Source: a candidate division FCPU426 bacterium
GTDB lineage: Bacteria; Oederibacteriota; Muellerivitia; Muellerivitales; Muellerivitaceae
Assembly (NCBI GenBank): GCA_963796105.1
Contig: CAWCKJ010000006.1
Span: forward strand, 128,001 to 192,000
Direction: 5' to 3'
Length of the DNA: 64,000 nt
The notes under the pieces are model-generated. The model was not told the origin of the DNA. It saw only the letters and a program-made list of their open reading frames with translations, and did no database searches. A program made the translations under genes and the position numbers. This document shows, piece after piece, positions 30,795 through 41,386 of this stretch; the first letter of the stretch is position 1, and each line of letters opens with the position of its first letter.

Positions 30795-30983
30795 TTACGA
30801 ATGGCACTTCACGAAATTCCTGATGGAACGGTCGTACGTGCCCTCGGACTTGGCGTCAAAGAAACAGCCTGGAAGTTCACCGTTGCGCCTGTGATAGGCG
30901 ACGCAATCGCAGCATTTCCCCCGCCGTTCGCAGTCGTAGGTGCAGGTGCAGTTCTTCAGGTTCGCCTTTTGGGTGCATTCCAT
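30795..30983 (-). CDS. Small Cys-rich protein (DUF6485-like)
   Basis: CTCTY.CERRGKCCDCVAYHR..ELPGCFF...E.TYDRS; RBS AAGGAG before ATG 30983. Confidence 0.75.
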   Translation of the reverse strand: MECTQKANLKNCTCTYDCERRGKCCDCVAYHRRNGELPGCFFDAKSEGTYDRSIRNFVKCHS

Positions 30984-31015
30984 AATCATCTCCTTCGTTA
31001 AAAGTTCCGGGTGGT

Positions 31016-31816
31016 TTACCCTAACACGGCTTCCGGCAAATCCCTTTTCGGCTTGCCCACCATTTCCAGGGCCTCGTTCATGACCGCCAAGTGTTTGGAA
31101 GGCACGGGCCATCTTTCCCTCACGCCGTCCCCGAATTCCATAGCGCCGACTTTCAGGCCTGGGGAAGTATAGGTCAGATGGAGAATCTGCTTGTGGTCGG
31201 GAGCGCTTAAGACCTGGGGGTTTTCAAGGAAGTTCCATTTTTCCCATTCCTTTTTACCGGCCCACTTGATCCGGTAAACAGCCACTTGGACCGCCTTATT
31301 TCCGCTGTTATAGAGGGTGAAATCCAGGAAAACGCTTGTGACCAGGTTGGAATTGGACAGGTTTTGCTGTCTCAATAAAAAAGTGACGACGGACCGGGAC
31401 CTGTGCGTGTATGTCCAAAAGAGGGTCCAAACGAGGGTGAGGATGGAAACGGCGATGGAAACGAAAGCCAATTTATCCCGGAGGGAAATGGAGCCGGCCG
31501 GGATCCAGGGGCTGGAAGACTCGATGCGCTTGACGAATTTCTTGAGTTCGGGATTGTCGGGGTGGAGCGCGAGGCTTTGTTTCATAGCCACCAGGGCTTC
31601 GGTGCGGTTGGAATTCAGGAAATAGGTCTCGCCCAGGTACTCATAGGCTTGCCAGTAATCAGGCTGCACTTTCAGCGCCGAGTTGAAGTAACGGATGGCC
31701 TTGTCGTAATCCGCCTTTTTAAGCATCGCCAGTCCGCCATTGAAGTAATCCTGCGCCGCGGCACAGAAGGCAAGGCCTGGAACAAGGAGAAAGGCGGTGA
31801 TAAGAATTCTTTTCAT
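31016..31816 (-). CDS. TPR-repeat protein with signal peptide and one TM helix
   Basis: YDKAIRYFNSALKVQPDYWQAYEYLG TPR pattern. Confidence 0.7.
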   Translation of the reverse strand: MKRILITAFLLVPGLAFCAAAQDYFNGGLAMLKKADYDKAIRYFNSALKVQPDYWQAYEYLGETYFLNSNRTEALVAMKQSLALHPDNPELKKFVKRIESSSPWIPAGSISLRDKLAFVSIAVSILTLVWTLFWTYTHRSRSVVTFLLRQQNLSNSNLVTSVFLDFTLYNSGNKAVQVAVYRIKWAGKKEWEKWNFLENPQVLSAPDHKQILHLTYTSPGLKVGAMEFGDGVRERWPVPSKHLAVMNEALEMVGKPKRDLPEAVLG

Positions 31817-31917
31817 GGTTTCCTCAAGGCTTTTTTAGAGGTTGTTATTTTACAACCGGAGCAGAAATGTTGAGGTCATTTGTTTTTTAGTTTATTACGT
31901 TATTCCATGATCGTGGA

Positions 31918-32940
31918 TTAATGGTATTTTATTGGATTTTTTAGGATTTTCCGGGGTTGGTTAAGTGGCTGAAAACGATCCATTGATTGGACGATGGCAT
32001 GGATTCCATGGGGATCCAGAATCAGGCCTACGTGGCTTAATTCTGGGACAAGGGTGATTTGGACATCACTTTTTTTCGAATTAAATTCCAAGGAGTATTT
32101 ATCCGACTGAACGACTTCATCGGCTATTCCCGCCAGGACACTCATGGGGCGTTTCGCGCTTCGAATATCCCCCCGGTAATCATCGTGGGGCCTGAAGTTG
32201 GACCAAAGGGCGAAGGAATACTGGGGAGTCATGAAATTCATATCCCTTTCCGCCAGGGCGAAGGCAAGTACGGGAAGATGGTTGAGGGCCTTAAACCCGA
32301 AACGGTTCAAGAGAAGCAAGGCGATGAGGCGGGGAAGGCCGAGACCGACCCAGCCGTTGACGTTTTTACGGTAGGTGGCCGAATCCTGGTGGAGAAAAGG
32401 GGAAAGTAAAACATAGCCGTCAAATAGGTCTTGCCGCGTGCTCCCGGCGAACCGCAAGGCGAATCCACCGCCTGATGAAAAACCCGCCAGAACTTTTGGC
32501 TCCCGGAAGTTGGATGACTTCATGAAATCCTCCAGGTCATCCTCCAGCTGGCCAATATATGTAATGTTTCCTCTCGCGCTTGAGTCCCCGTGGCCCCTGA
32601 CGTCCAGGGCATAGGCTTCCCACCCGGCCCCTGAAAGGCCCAAGGCCAGGGGGTGCATGCTATGGTTTCTGGTGGATGAACCGTGCAGGAGCACGACCGT
32701 CCCGCGCGATTTACCATTTTGCGCGGGGTAATGACGGTAGGCAAGGGGGGTTTCGTCGCGGGCATGGAAATTCCGAACGGGAGGGATATTGGAAAAATTG
32801 GCCTTCTGGAATGGTCCGAGGATGCTTTCCATCGGGGGCGGGGCTTTGGGTTTTCCGAGCCATAACATGATGCCAAGGGTTAATCCGATAAAGGAAAAAA
32901 ATATTATTGCGGGGATCAAGATCACCTTCCTATAAGCCAA
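31918..32940 (-). CDS. Alpha/beta hydrolase
   Basis: LLHGS, DVRGHG and nucleophile elbow GFSSGG. Confidence 0.85.
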   Translation of the reverse strand: MAYRKVILIPAIIFFSFIGLTLGIMLWLGKPKAPPPMESILGPFQKANFSNIPPVRNFHARDETPLAYRHYPAQNGKSRGTVVLLHGSSTRNHSMHPLALGLSGAGWEAYALDVRGHGDSSARGNITYIGQLEDDLEDFMKSSNFREPKVLAGFSSGGGFALRFAGSTRQDLFDGYVLLSPFLHQDSATYRKNVNGWVGLGLPRLIALLLLNRFGFKALNHLPVLAFALAERDMNFMTPQYSFALWSNFRPHDDYRGDIRSAKRPMSVLAGIADEVVQSDKYSLEFNSKKSDVQITLVPELSHVGLILDPHGIHAIVQSMDRFQPLNQPRKILKNPIKYH

Positions 32941-32981
32941 TCCGAATTATTCAGTCTGTTCAACGGAAAAATCACCTGGGC

Positions 32982-35030
32982 TCAATGCATCCAGAGCACA
33001 CGAGAGAGTTTCTTCTCGTCGGGGGTAGCCAGGTAAATGATGTAAACCCCGCTCGCGCAGGTGTCGCCGTACTTGTTTTTCCCATCCCAGGGATAGGATT
33101 GGGGTTCGCCTGAGGGTGGGAAGTAACCGTCAGACAGGGTTTTGATATGTTCCCCGGCCGAATTATAAATCCTCAATGAATAATTGCCCCCGTTGGGACG
33201 GCAGAAGGTGATGGTCACGGGGGATTGGCCCGTTTGAAAAATATTCTTATCGACATTAAAGCAATCGGTGATAGGAGTGCTGGTCGGGGTCGGGGTAATC
33301 GTGAAGGTTAAGGTGTTGGTCAGGGTTGAAGTGGCCGTGGGGGTAAGGGTATTGGTCAAGGTAGGGGTAGGAGTGACGGTGGGAGTGGAAGTAGGCGTAA
33401 AAGTGATGGTCGGTGTGCAAGTGAGGCCGGGGAAACCGCAGGGGGTGTCGGTGATGGTGGGTGTATAAGTGTTGGTTGGGGTAAACGTCTGGGTGGGAGT
33501 GGGGGTAATCGTAGGAGAATTCGTCGGGGTAGGCGTGGGTGTCTGGGTCGGTGTGAGAGTCGCTGTCGGAGTGGAAGTGAAGGTTCTTGTTACGGTAGGG
33601 GTTGGAGTGGGCAGGTTGGAAACAAGCTGGAGACCTCCCGGGTAGCTATAAGCATCATAGCCGTTTACAGTCATGGCATTGTCAAAGACGCCGAAACCGT
33701 AACAGACTACCCCGAACTTGGTCACGCCATCCCCAATCAACTGGTGGGGTCCGGCTGAAACCGGAACAACGGCTTTGTAAAAGCCGTTTGTAATGGGTGC
33801 GAAATTCGAGGCGGGTATGAGGCTTCCGTCCAGGTATAAGGAACCAACTAACGCTGAAGGGGCAATAATGTTCTCATAGGCGGTGAAAGTGGCTGGCGGG
33901 GAAACAACGGTTTCGGGTCCAGTCGCGGCTACAAGATAACCGGTGTCATAATCGGATGTGGGTGGAATGGACATCATACTGGGGTCAGGATTTTGATTTG
34001 AATTTTGATTTGGGTAAGTGTCATAGGTATCACTGTTAGCAAATTGCATCACGTAAATTGCATTGTTGGAAATAATTTGGGAGGCCACGCTGACTTCCTG
34101 CTGGTAAACCTGGCCTTGGTTTAAGATAGGCAGTGCCGTTCCATTTAGAAGGACACTGGTATTGTTTGCTGAGGCTGTGATTTTAATCAGGTCCCCATTG
34201 GATCGAGTGGCTAAAGGCGCTGTATAGAAAGTCACCCCCCAATCGGAAAGAGGCCAAAGCATTTCGACGAGGCTGTTGGCGGCTGAGACGCTATGGTCAG
34301 GAATGTAGGCCGCCACATTGCCGGAGAACACAGCAACGGGGTTTTGCGATTGGATCATAGTCCCGCTTAGATCGGACCCTAAAACCGTAACGGCCAGTTG
34401 GTAGGTATCCCCCTGGTTTAAAGTAATGACATAGGGAACCCCGGCAGTCCTTGAGCCCGCGGTCACTGATGGGGTAATGGTTACGGAAGTGGAATCGACG
34501 GCACCCACGATCGTGAAAACCGCGTAACCGTTATCAGTGGGATCGAGGTCATCCACTTGGAAATCCGAAACCATATAGCTGACTCCGAGGGTATCCGTGG
34601 GCAGGGCCAGGTATCCGTCGGTGGCGGCTTGAATGTAATTCAATCCGAAAACCGCGACATTGTTGGAAGCTATTAAATGAATACCCTGTTGGGAAATACC
34701 GTCCAATTGGGTGACACTCGCGGGGGATATTGTTACACCTGCGATAACAGTGGTAGGAAGAGTAACCACAGTCATGCCCCCTGCCGCTACCGAAAAAGGT
34801 ATGGAAATACCAAGACCCGGAACTTGGACAGTTCCTGTGGCCGCGTTCAAACTTGTGATCAACAATTGTTCGGCGGTGGCATCGGTCGTATCGTTATAAC
34901 TGTCCGGGAAGGCCAGCCAGAAATCCGTTCCCTGACTGCCGGTCTTGACAGCCCAACAAGGTCTTCCGGAAAAGGCCACTAATATAAAAAGAAATAAAAT
35001 AGATAGGGGTCGGTTTTGGATTATCGGCAT
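32982..35030 (-). CDS. IgGFc-binding-domain surface protein with Thr/Pro linker and FlgD-Ig-like C-terminal domain
   Basis: GTDFWLAF, DGYLALPTDTLG, DLSGT.I.S..PVAVFSG, AYSYPGG; signal peptide from ATG 35030. Confidence 0.8.
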   Translation of the reverse strand: MPIIQNRPLSILFLFILVAFSGRPCWAVKTGSQGTDFWLAFPDSYNDTTDATAEQLLITSLNAATGTVQVPGLGISIPFSVAAGGMTVVTLPTTVIAGVTISPASVTQLDGISQQGIHLIASNNVAVFGLNYIQAATDGYLALPTDTLGVSYMVSDFQVDDLDPTDNGYAVFTIVGAVDSTSVTITPSVTAGSRTAGVPYVITLNQGDTYQLAVTVLGSDLSGTMIQSQNPVAVFSGNVAAYIPDHSVSAANSLVEMLWPLSDWGVTFYTAPLATRSNGDLIKITASANNTSVLLNGTALPILNQGQVYQQEVSVASQIISNNAIYVMQFANSDTYDTYPNQNSNQNPDPSMMSIPPTSDYDTGYLVAATGPETVVSPPATFTAYENIIAPSALVGSLYLDGSLIPASNFAPITNGFYKAVVPVSAGPHQLIGDGVTKFGVVCYGFGVFDNAMTVNGYDAYSYPGGLQLVSNLPTPTPTVTRTFTSTPTATLTPTQTPTPTPTNSPTITPTPTQTFTPTNTYTPTITDTPCGFPGLTCTPTITFTPTSTPTVTPTPTLTNTLTPTATSTLTNTLTFTITPTPTSTPITDCFNVDKNIFQTGQSPVTITFCRPNGGNYSLRIYNSAGEHIKTLSDGYFPPSGEPQSYPWDGKNKYGDTCASGVYIIYLATPDEKKLSRVLWMH

Positions 35031-35352
35031 TGGTAAAGCCCTCACTCCTCGCCCAAACAATTGATGGATATATGAAAATATCTCACAAATCAGGGAAAAA
35101 ATCCCATAAACGACCTGCGTTAAATAGAGTGAAATCATTATAAAAGCAATATTGTATTGAAAATGCGGGAAATTGGGCGGGAGAAGAAGGCCATTCGGCC
35201 CGCCGGTGGCCAAACTCGTCACTTCCCGCCGTAACAGGAAAGCCGGTTCAAATTGATTCGGGCATTTGATTGCGTTCATAACCTGGGCAGTGACTGATAA
35301 AATAATTTTGTTATTCGAAAAGTTATCCAAAGTGGTTTAACTCCGGGAGGAC

Positions 35353-35934
35353 ATGATGCCGCAACTAGAAAAAATTTTATCCAAGGGCGAGGAAAAAACC
35401 CTTTTAAGACTGGCCCGCCATGTACTGGAGAAATTCGTGGGTGATGGAGTGAACCGTTTTCCGGACAAAGACCTGGGTGAATTCGACCTGACGGAAAGCA
35501 TTAAAAGACCCTCAGGTGTGTTCGTGACCCTCAACGAGGGGGAGCGGCTCAGGGGATGCATCGGAAGCATCCAAGCCCGTGAACCTCTCTACCGGGGCGT
35601 CATCGAGAATGCCATGAACTCCGCCGCCCGCGATCTCCGGTTCGGAAAAGTCCGGAAGGAGGAACTTCCGGACATCGAAATCGAGATCTCGGTCATGTCC
35701 CCCCTGGTGAAAGTCCAATCCCTCGAGGACATCGTGGTAGGCAGGGACGGGCTTGTCCTTCGGGCTGGTTGGAACTCCGGGGTTTTCCTTCCCCAGGTGC
35801 CGGTTGAGTGGAAGTGGGAAAAAAAGGAATATCTAGAACAGCTTGGACAAAAGGCTGGATTGGATTCCGAGGCATACCAACGCAAGGACGCGGAATTGTG
35901 GAAATTCACGGCCCAGGTGTTTTCTGAAAAGTAA
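35353..35934 (+). CDS. amrA: AMMECR1-domain protein (AmmeMemoRadiSam protein A)
   Basis: GVFVTL..LRGCIG, IEISVMSP, GRDGL and FLPQV. Confidence 0.9.
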   Translation: MMPQLEKILSKGEEKTLLRLARHVLEKFVGDGVNRFPDKDLGEFDLTESIKRPSGVFVTLNEGERLRGCIGSIQAREPLYRGVIENAMNSAARDLRFGKVRKEELPDIEIEISVMSPLVKVQSLEDIVVGRDGLVLRAGWNSGVFLPQVPVEWKWEKKEYLEQLGQKAGLDSEAYQRKDAELWKFTAQVFSEK

Positions 35935-35999
35935 AACTTGTTTAGGCGAAAGTTCTTCGGCCCTTCAAAATCAATGTTTGGAATTTGCGGGAAATCAGG

Positions 36000-38900
36000 C
36001 TAATTGAGGATGAGAAGCTTACCGACCCAGTGGTTTTGCCCGGATTGCACATAGATATAGTAGATGCCGTTGGCCAAGGGTTTGCCCCACCTATCGGCAG
36101 GATCCACCGTTACAAACTGTCCCGAAGGAACATCCTTGTATTCCTGGTCCTGGACCTTGCGGAAAGCGGTCGTGAAAATTTGAACCCTGAAGTTTGCGGT
36201 GATCCGGATGGGCACGATAATTTGGATAGAACCCGGTCCTCTGTGGGGATTGGGATAGATCACCAGGGTTTGAGGCGCCGTTGGGGTTGGTGTAGGGGTT
36301 CGGGTCGAGAGGCCAGTCGGTGTCAAGCTGGGCGTGTTAGTCGGGGTTTGAGTAGAAGTGTTAGAAAGGGTCGTTGTCGCCGTGAAAGTGGAGGTTGGTG
36401 TGTTCGTGTAAGTTCTGGTGGAGGTCAAGGTGGGTGTGTTGGTGGATGTAAAAGTCCAAGTCCAGGTGGAGGTGTAGGTGGGCGAGGGAGTTGAGGTGTT
36501 TAAAGGGGTGGGGGTGTCAGTTGGAGTGCTGGTGAGTGTCAGGGTCGAGGTATGGGTAAAGGTCAGAGTCGGCGTATTCGTCGGGGATTGGGTTCCGGTG
36601 GGTGTGTCAGTCGGGGTGGGAGTGAGCGTTGGAGAATTCGTGGAGGTCGGTGTCAGGGTAAAAGTATGAGTGGGTGTCGGCGTGAATGTGGCGGTGTTGG
36701 TGGAGGTCCAGGTCAATGTGGGAGTATCGGTTGGGGTAAGAGTCGGTGTGCGTGTAGGTGATGGAGTGGCTGTCGCGGTGCTTGTGGGAGTCGAGGAAAA
36801 GGTGCTGGTGGATGTATTCGTTTGGGTCATGGTGGGAGTGTTGGTTGAAGTCGGGGTAAAAGTTCGTGTGGGTGTGGCGGTTGAGGTCGATGTTGAAGTG
36901 GAAGTATTGGTGAGAGTCGCCGTCAAAGTTGACGTTGGAGAACTGGTCGGGGTGTGAGTCGATGTATAAGTCAGGGTGATAGTGGGGGTGTTTGTGGGGG
37001 ATTGAGTTCCGGTGGAAGTAGAAGTCGGGGTTGGGGTGATAGTTGGGGTATTCGTGGCGGTCGAAGTCGGGGTATTGGTGCGAGTGGATGTCGGGGTGGA
37101 TGAGGATGTATTGGTCAAGGTAGCGGTGGAGGTCATGGTGGATGTGTTGGTTGAAGTTGGAGTCGGCGTGCGGGTGGATGTGGCGGTTGGGGTCGCCGTG
37201 AAAGAAGGGGTTGAAGTGCTGGTGGAAGTCATGGTTGAAGTCCATGTAGGGGTGCTGGTCGGAGTGGGAGTCGAGGTCCGAGTGGGGGTATAGGTAGTGG
37301 TGGGGGTGGATGAATAAGTCGGGGTGGAGGTTGTTGTTGGGGAATTAGTCGAGGTGGGTGTCGAAGTTCGAGTCAGGGTATTAGTTAGTGTATTCGTCGG
37401 GGATAGGGTGCCGGTGGGTGTGGCGGTCGGGGTCGGGGTGATGGTTGGGGTGCTCGTGGCCGTGGGTGTCGGCGTATTCGTTCTGGTGGGGGTCGGGGAG
37501 AAAGATGCGGTGTTGGTTGAAGTTGAGGTCAAGGTGGGCGTGTTGGTGAGGGTAGGAGTGGAAGTCCGGGTAGATGTACTCGTTCCAGTCGCGGAGGCCG
37601 TGAATGTCATAGTGCTCGTGGAAGTGGAAGAAGGAGTTGACGTGTAGGAGGGGGTGGGGGAGGAGGTCCGGGTAGGGGTTGACGTTGTTGTGGCAGTGGG
37701 GGTCGAGGTGACGGTATTTGTGGAAGTTACTGTTGGGGTAGGAGTATTGGTCCTGGTTGCGGTGGGTGTGAATGTCGAGCTGTTGGTGGAAGTCGCAGTT
37801 GAAGTATTGGTTGTTGTTGGCGTCGATGTCCTGGTGAACGTAGCGGTTGCAGTAGCCGTTGAGGTTGCGGTACTGGTAAAGGTGAAAGTCGGCGTAGGGG
37901 TATTGGTCCTTGTCGCGGTGGAGGTGGGGGTTGCGGTATTGGTTGAAGTGGCAGTTAAAGTCGATGTGAGAGTATTGGTAAGAGTGGGTGTTGATGTCCG
38001 AGTCATGGTATTGGATGAAGTCGGGGTGGCAGTTGTTGTGGAGGTGTTGGTTTGAGTCGCGGCCGGGGTTGGGGTGGCCGTATTGGTCCTTGTCGCGGTG
38101 GAAGTGGGGGTTGCGGTATTGGTGGAAGTTGATGTCATTGTCGCGGTGGGGGTACTGGTAAGAGTGGGGGTGGATGTCCGGGTCAGAGTATTTGTGGGGG
38201 TTAAAGTGGCGGTTGGGGTGAAGGTGTTGCTTTGAGTCGCGGTCGGGGTTGGGGTGGCCGTATTGGTCCTAGTCGGGGTGGGAGTGGAAGTGGCGGTAAT
38301 GGTAGAGGTGTTGGTCGCGGAGCTCGTAGGAGTGGGGGTATTGGTTCGGGTGCTGGTGGAAGTGGGCGTGCTGGTCCTGGTGGGTGTTGAAGAGAAAGTT
38401 GCGGTATTGGTGAGGGTCGCGGTTGTTGTGGGTGTGGGGGTCTGCGTCAGCGTATTAGTCGATGTCGCCGTGGTTGTTGGGGTAGGGGTCGCGGTCGGGG
38501 TGGAGGTGGCTGTGTTTGTACGTGTGGCAGTTGAGGTCGAAGAGTTTGTGGCTGTTTGAGTCGGGGTTCTGCTTGGAGTGCTGGTCATGGTAGGGGTGGC
38601 GGTATTGGTGAAAGTGGGGGTGGATGTTCTTGAGGCGGTATTTGTGGGGGAGCTAGTGGAAGTACGGGTCGGCGTGCTTGTAAAGGAATACGTGTATGTG
38701 TAAGTAGGAGTGTAAGTAAAGGTATAAGTATGGGTCGGAGTATAGGTCGGTGTATAGGTTTGGGTGTAGGTGTGTGTAAAAGTCGATGTAATCGCCGGGG
38801 TATAAGTATGGGTGAATGTCGGAGTGGAGCCTCCCCCTGTGCATCCGGAATTGACCGAGGCCGAGAAAGCGCTGGTGGTGAATGGAACCCCGCCCGTTCT

Positions 38901-39653
38901 TAACTCGATACCCGCCTCGATCGCGGCCAGGTACCAGGTGGATTGGATATAACCTCGGGATACGGAATCATTGATGAAACCCATGAGGTTTTCATTGCTG
39001 AATGAGGTTGTCGTGGGGTTGGCCAGGTAAGCGATGTAGTTCCAGCCGACATTTCCCTCCCAAAGGGTCCAACTCGCCCCGTTGACCGTGACAGTCCCAA
39101 CCTGGGTTCCTGCTGGTAAAGTGCCTGAGCCGGTATAATCCATCCAAATCATCAATTCCGCGCCGCCGTTGTATCCGCCGCTCGTGTTGGTGCCGGTGCT
39201 GAACCAGATATCGTAACCGGCGTCCCAGCTGTCACTACCGCTCTCAATGGTGGGCGTAAAACTGAAACTACTCGTGACGCAGGTGAGGCTGCTGACAAGC
39301 ATCGGAAGGTTGGTGCCGGGACTGCAGGAACCATAATGACAGCCGTAGTAGATATCAGGCCAAGAGGCGACTGTGCTCTGGCACGCGTTGGGACCTTCGG
39401 TGACGCTGAAATTTCCGGTTGAGTTGTCTATGTTCATGCACTGGGTGCCGCCGCAAGTGCCCTGGTTCCAAAAGTCGGTTTGCACAATATAGGATCCGAC
39501 CGTGACGCTTTGGTATTGGGTGCAGGTGTTGACATTAGCGCTTAACGCGGGTCTGGTTGAGGTATGCAGGACTGCGACCATGAATGCGGTCGTAAGGATG
39601 TAGCGGATGATGGGAAAATGCCTCAAAGAAATTTCACTTTCTTTAATCGACAA
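36000..39653 (-). CDS. Secreted GH12-like endoglucanase with ~850-aa Thr-rich linker and T9SS-like C-terminal domain
   Basis: [23 protein letters not shown] and IEAGIE (the two catalytic Glu); C-terminus [21 protein letters not shown]. Confidence 0.88.
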   Translation of the reverse strand: MSIKESEISLRHFPIIRYILTTAFMVAVLHTSTRPALSANVNTCTQYQSVTVGSYIVQTDFWNQGTCGGTQCMNIDNSTGNFSVTEGPNACQSTVASWPDIYYGCHYGSCSPGTNLPMLVSSLTCVTSSFSFTPTIESGSDSWDAGYDIWFSTGTNTSGGYNGGAELMIWMDYTGSGTLPAGTQVGTVTVNGASWTLWEGNVGWNYIAYLANPTTTSFSNENLMGFINDSVSRGYIQSTWYLAAIEAGIELRTGGVPFTTSAFSASVNSGCTGGGSTPTFTHTYTPAITSTFTHTYTQTYTPTYTPTHTYTFTYTPTYTYTYSFTSTPTRTSTSSPTNTASRTSTPTFTNTATPTMTSTPSRTPTQTATNSSTSTATRTNTATSTPTATPTPTTTATSTNTLTQTPTPTTTATLTNTATFSSTPTRTSTPTSTSTRTNTPTPTSSATNTSTITATSTPTPTRTNTATPTPTATQSNTFTPTATLTPTNTLTRTSTPTLTSTPTATMTSTSTNTATPTSTATRTNTATPTPAATQTNTSTTTATPTSSNTMTRTSTPTLTNTLTSTLTATSTNTATPTSTATRTNTPTPTFTFTSTATSTATATATFTRTSTPTTTNTSTATSTNSSTFTPTATRTNTPTPTVTSTNTVTSTPTATTTSTPTRTSSPTPSYTSTPSSTSTSTMTFTASATGTSTSTRTSTPTLTNTPTLTSTSTNTASFSPTPTRTNTPTPTATSTPTITPTPTATPTGTLSPTNTLTNTLTRTSTPTSTNSPTTTSTPTYSSTPTTTYTPTRTSTPTPTSTPTWTSTMTSTSTSTPSFTATPTATSTRTPTPTSTNTSTMTSTATLTNTSSSTPTSTRTNTPTSTATNTPTITPTPTSTSTGTQSPTNTPTITLTYTSTHTPTSSPTSTLTATLTNTSTSTSTSTATPTRTFTPTSTNTPTMTQTNTSTSTFSSTPTSTATATPSPTRTPTLTPTDTPTLTWTSTNTATFTPTPTHTFTLTPTSTNSPTLTPTPTDTPTGTQSPTNTPTLTFTHTSTLTLTSTPTDTPTPLNTSTPSPTYTSTWTWTFTSTNTPTLTSTRTYTNTPTSTFTATTTLSNTSTQTPTNTPSLTPTGLSTRTPTPTPTAPQTLVIYPNPHRGPGSIQIIVPIRITANFRVQIFTTAFRKVQDQEYKDVPSGQFVTVDPADRWGKPLANGIYYIYVQSGQNHWVGKLLILN

Positions 39654-39741
39654 AAAACGATTTTATTTTTGCCTGTTTCACAGGCGAATGTTTATTCATC
39701 CACAGGCTTCCAAGCGCCTGTAAATGAACTATATGAAAATT

Positions 39742-41153
39742 CACTCTTGTCCTAAATAAAGGCCTAAAAAAAGACGCCTCCGATTGAAGTAGAATTGGGT
39801 TTGATGACAGCCCAAAGCAACGGTTACCAGCCGTCGCTACTTCAAACATACGGAGGCGCTTTTTTATGGTACCACCAACCAGTCTATTTGCCCAAGTGTT
39901 GAAACTCGTAGACCGAACCGCTTTTGAGCGAATCGTGCGAGAGATTGAAGCCGAAAAGCACTCCAAGGGATTCAGTTGCTGGGATCAGTTTGTTTCCATG
40001 CTTTTCTGCCAGATGGGAGCAGCCCATTCCTTGAGGGAAATCTGTGGCGGCCTCAGTACGGCCCTTGGGAAATTGACCCACTTGGGTCTTTGCAAAGCTC
40101 CCACTAAATCCACCTTGGCCTATGCCAACACCAAGCGTTCTTGGCGGGTTCAACAAAAGCTTTTTTACCATTTATTATCGAAGTGCCAGTTGTTGGCGGC
40201 CACCTCAAAAAGAAAATTCAGGTTTAAAAATCCTCTTTATAGCCTGGATTCCAGCACCATCGACCTTTGTTTGTCAGTGTTCGACTGGGCGAAATTCCGT
40301 AGAACCAAAGGGGCCATCAAACTCCATCTTCTGCTGGACCATCAGGGGTACTTGCCCTGCTGGGGACTCGTAACGGAGGGAGGCACGCATGACGTGAAGG
40401 TGGCCCAAAAGCTCGATTTTCCAGTGGATTCAATCGTGGTGATGGATCGGGGGTATGTGGATTTCTTTCTTCTGGCCCGATGGACATTCCAAGGCGTGTG
40501 GTGGGTGACCCGGGCCAAGATCAACATGGCCTACGAGGTGGTGAAAAGCCTGACGGTTCCGAAAACGGGCAACGTCCTGAAGGACCAGGTGATACGGTTG
40601 ACGACGTTTCGGTCACATGAAGCCTACCCTAAAGAGATGCGACGGGTGGTGGTATGGGACGAAGACCAGAAGCGGGAGTTGGTGTTCCTGACCAACCACA
40701 TGGGTTTTGCCGCCTCGACGGTGGGTGCCATTTACAAGGAACGTTGGCAGATCGAGTTGTTTTTCAAGGCTCTCAAGCAGAACCTCCGGGTAAAAACTTT
40801 TGTGGGTACCACTGAGAATGCCGTTCAGACGCAGATTTGGACAGCATTGATTGCCATGCTACTGTTGAAGTTCCTTCAATTGAAGAGCCGGATCGCCTGG
40901 AGTTTATCCCACTTGGCTGCCATGCTACGGATGAACCTGTTGACCTATCGTGATTTGTGGGCCTGGTTGGATGCACCGTTCCTAGTGGCGAGACTGGAAC
41001 CCTTGGAAAAGCAGATGGAATTAATACATTCTTAATTTGGACAGCATCAGGACGAAAGAGGGGGGCTTATCCCAGAAAATTCACGAGCCTGTCCTAAATC
41101 GCTTGTTTTCCTGGGAGGTTCAAAGACAAATAGGTTTATCTAGGACAGCAGTG
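39742..41153 (+). mobile_element. IS4-family insertion sequence, 1412 bp
   Basis: Inverted repeats CACTCTTGTCCTAAATAAA / CACTGCTGTCCTAGATAAA; 9-bp target duplication ATGAAAATT at 39733-39741 and 41154-41162. Confidence 0.92.
39866..41035 (+). CDS. IS4 transposase
   Basis: LDSSTI, MDRGY and YKERWQIELFFKALKQ (YREK signature). Confidence 0.93.
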   Translation: MVPPTSLFAQVLKLVDRTAFERIVREIEAEKHSKGFSCWDQFVSMLFCQMGAAHSLREICGGLSTALGKLTHLGLCKAPTKSTLAYANTKRSWRVQQKLFYHLLSKCQLLAATSKRKFRFKNPLYSLDSSTIDLCLSVFDWAKFRRTKGAIKLHLLLDHQGYLPCWGLVTEGGTHDVKVAQKLDFPVDSIVVMDRGYVDFFLLARWTFQGVWWVTRAKINMAYEVVKSLTVPKTGNVLKDQVIRLTTFRSHEAYPKEMRRVVVWDEDQKRELVFLTNHMGFAASTVGAIYKERWQIELFFKALKQNLRVKTFVGTTENAVQTQIWTALIAMLLLKFLQLKSRIAWSLSHLAAMLRMNLLTYRDLWAWLDAPFLVARLEPLEKQMELIHS

Positions 41154-41159
41154 ATGAAA

Positions 41160-41252
41160 ATTATATCATTTAATTAAGAAGTGTTAGGTTTAACGCCGGG
41201 AAATTGTGTTTCTTTATTACGAATTGAAACCGGTTTCTTGGAAACGCTCTCA
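41160..41252 (-). promoter_or_regulatory. Extended -10 promoter (TGATATAAT, 41168-41160) and LacI-type operators at 41225-41238 and 41239-41252
   Basis: TGAAACCGGTTTCT and TGGAAACGCTCTCA; same layout as upstream of the other two GH12 genes. Confidence 0.6.
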
Positions 41253-41386
41253 TTATCGAAATGAAGCCGTGTTTGGAAGGAAAACCAGTCGAACCAATCT
41301 GGAGTAAATGTTTTAGCGCATGAAAGTAATTCGTGAGAATTTAACTGGGCAGGGAATTTGGTTCCCGAGAATTGAGAGGGGATGGA

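Noticed and set aside
35031..35330. 100-aa N-terminal extension of the IgGFc-domain ORF (similar extensions at 17883, 5538, 55121, 61820, 31112)
   Set aside because: Signal peptides, RBSs or family N-termini point to downstream starts; the extensions cover intergenic DNA or neighbouring genes.
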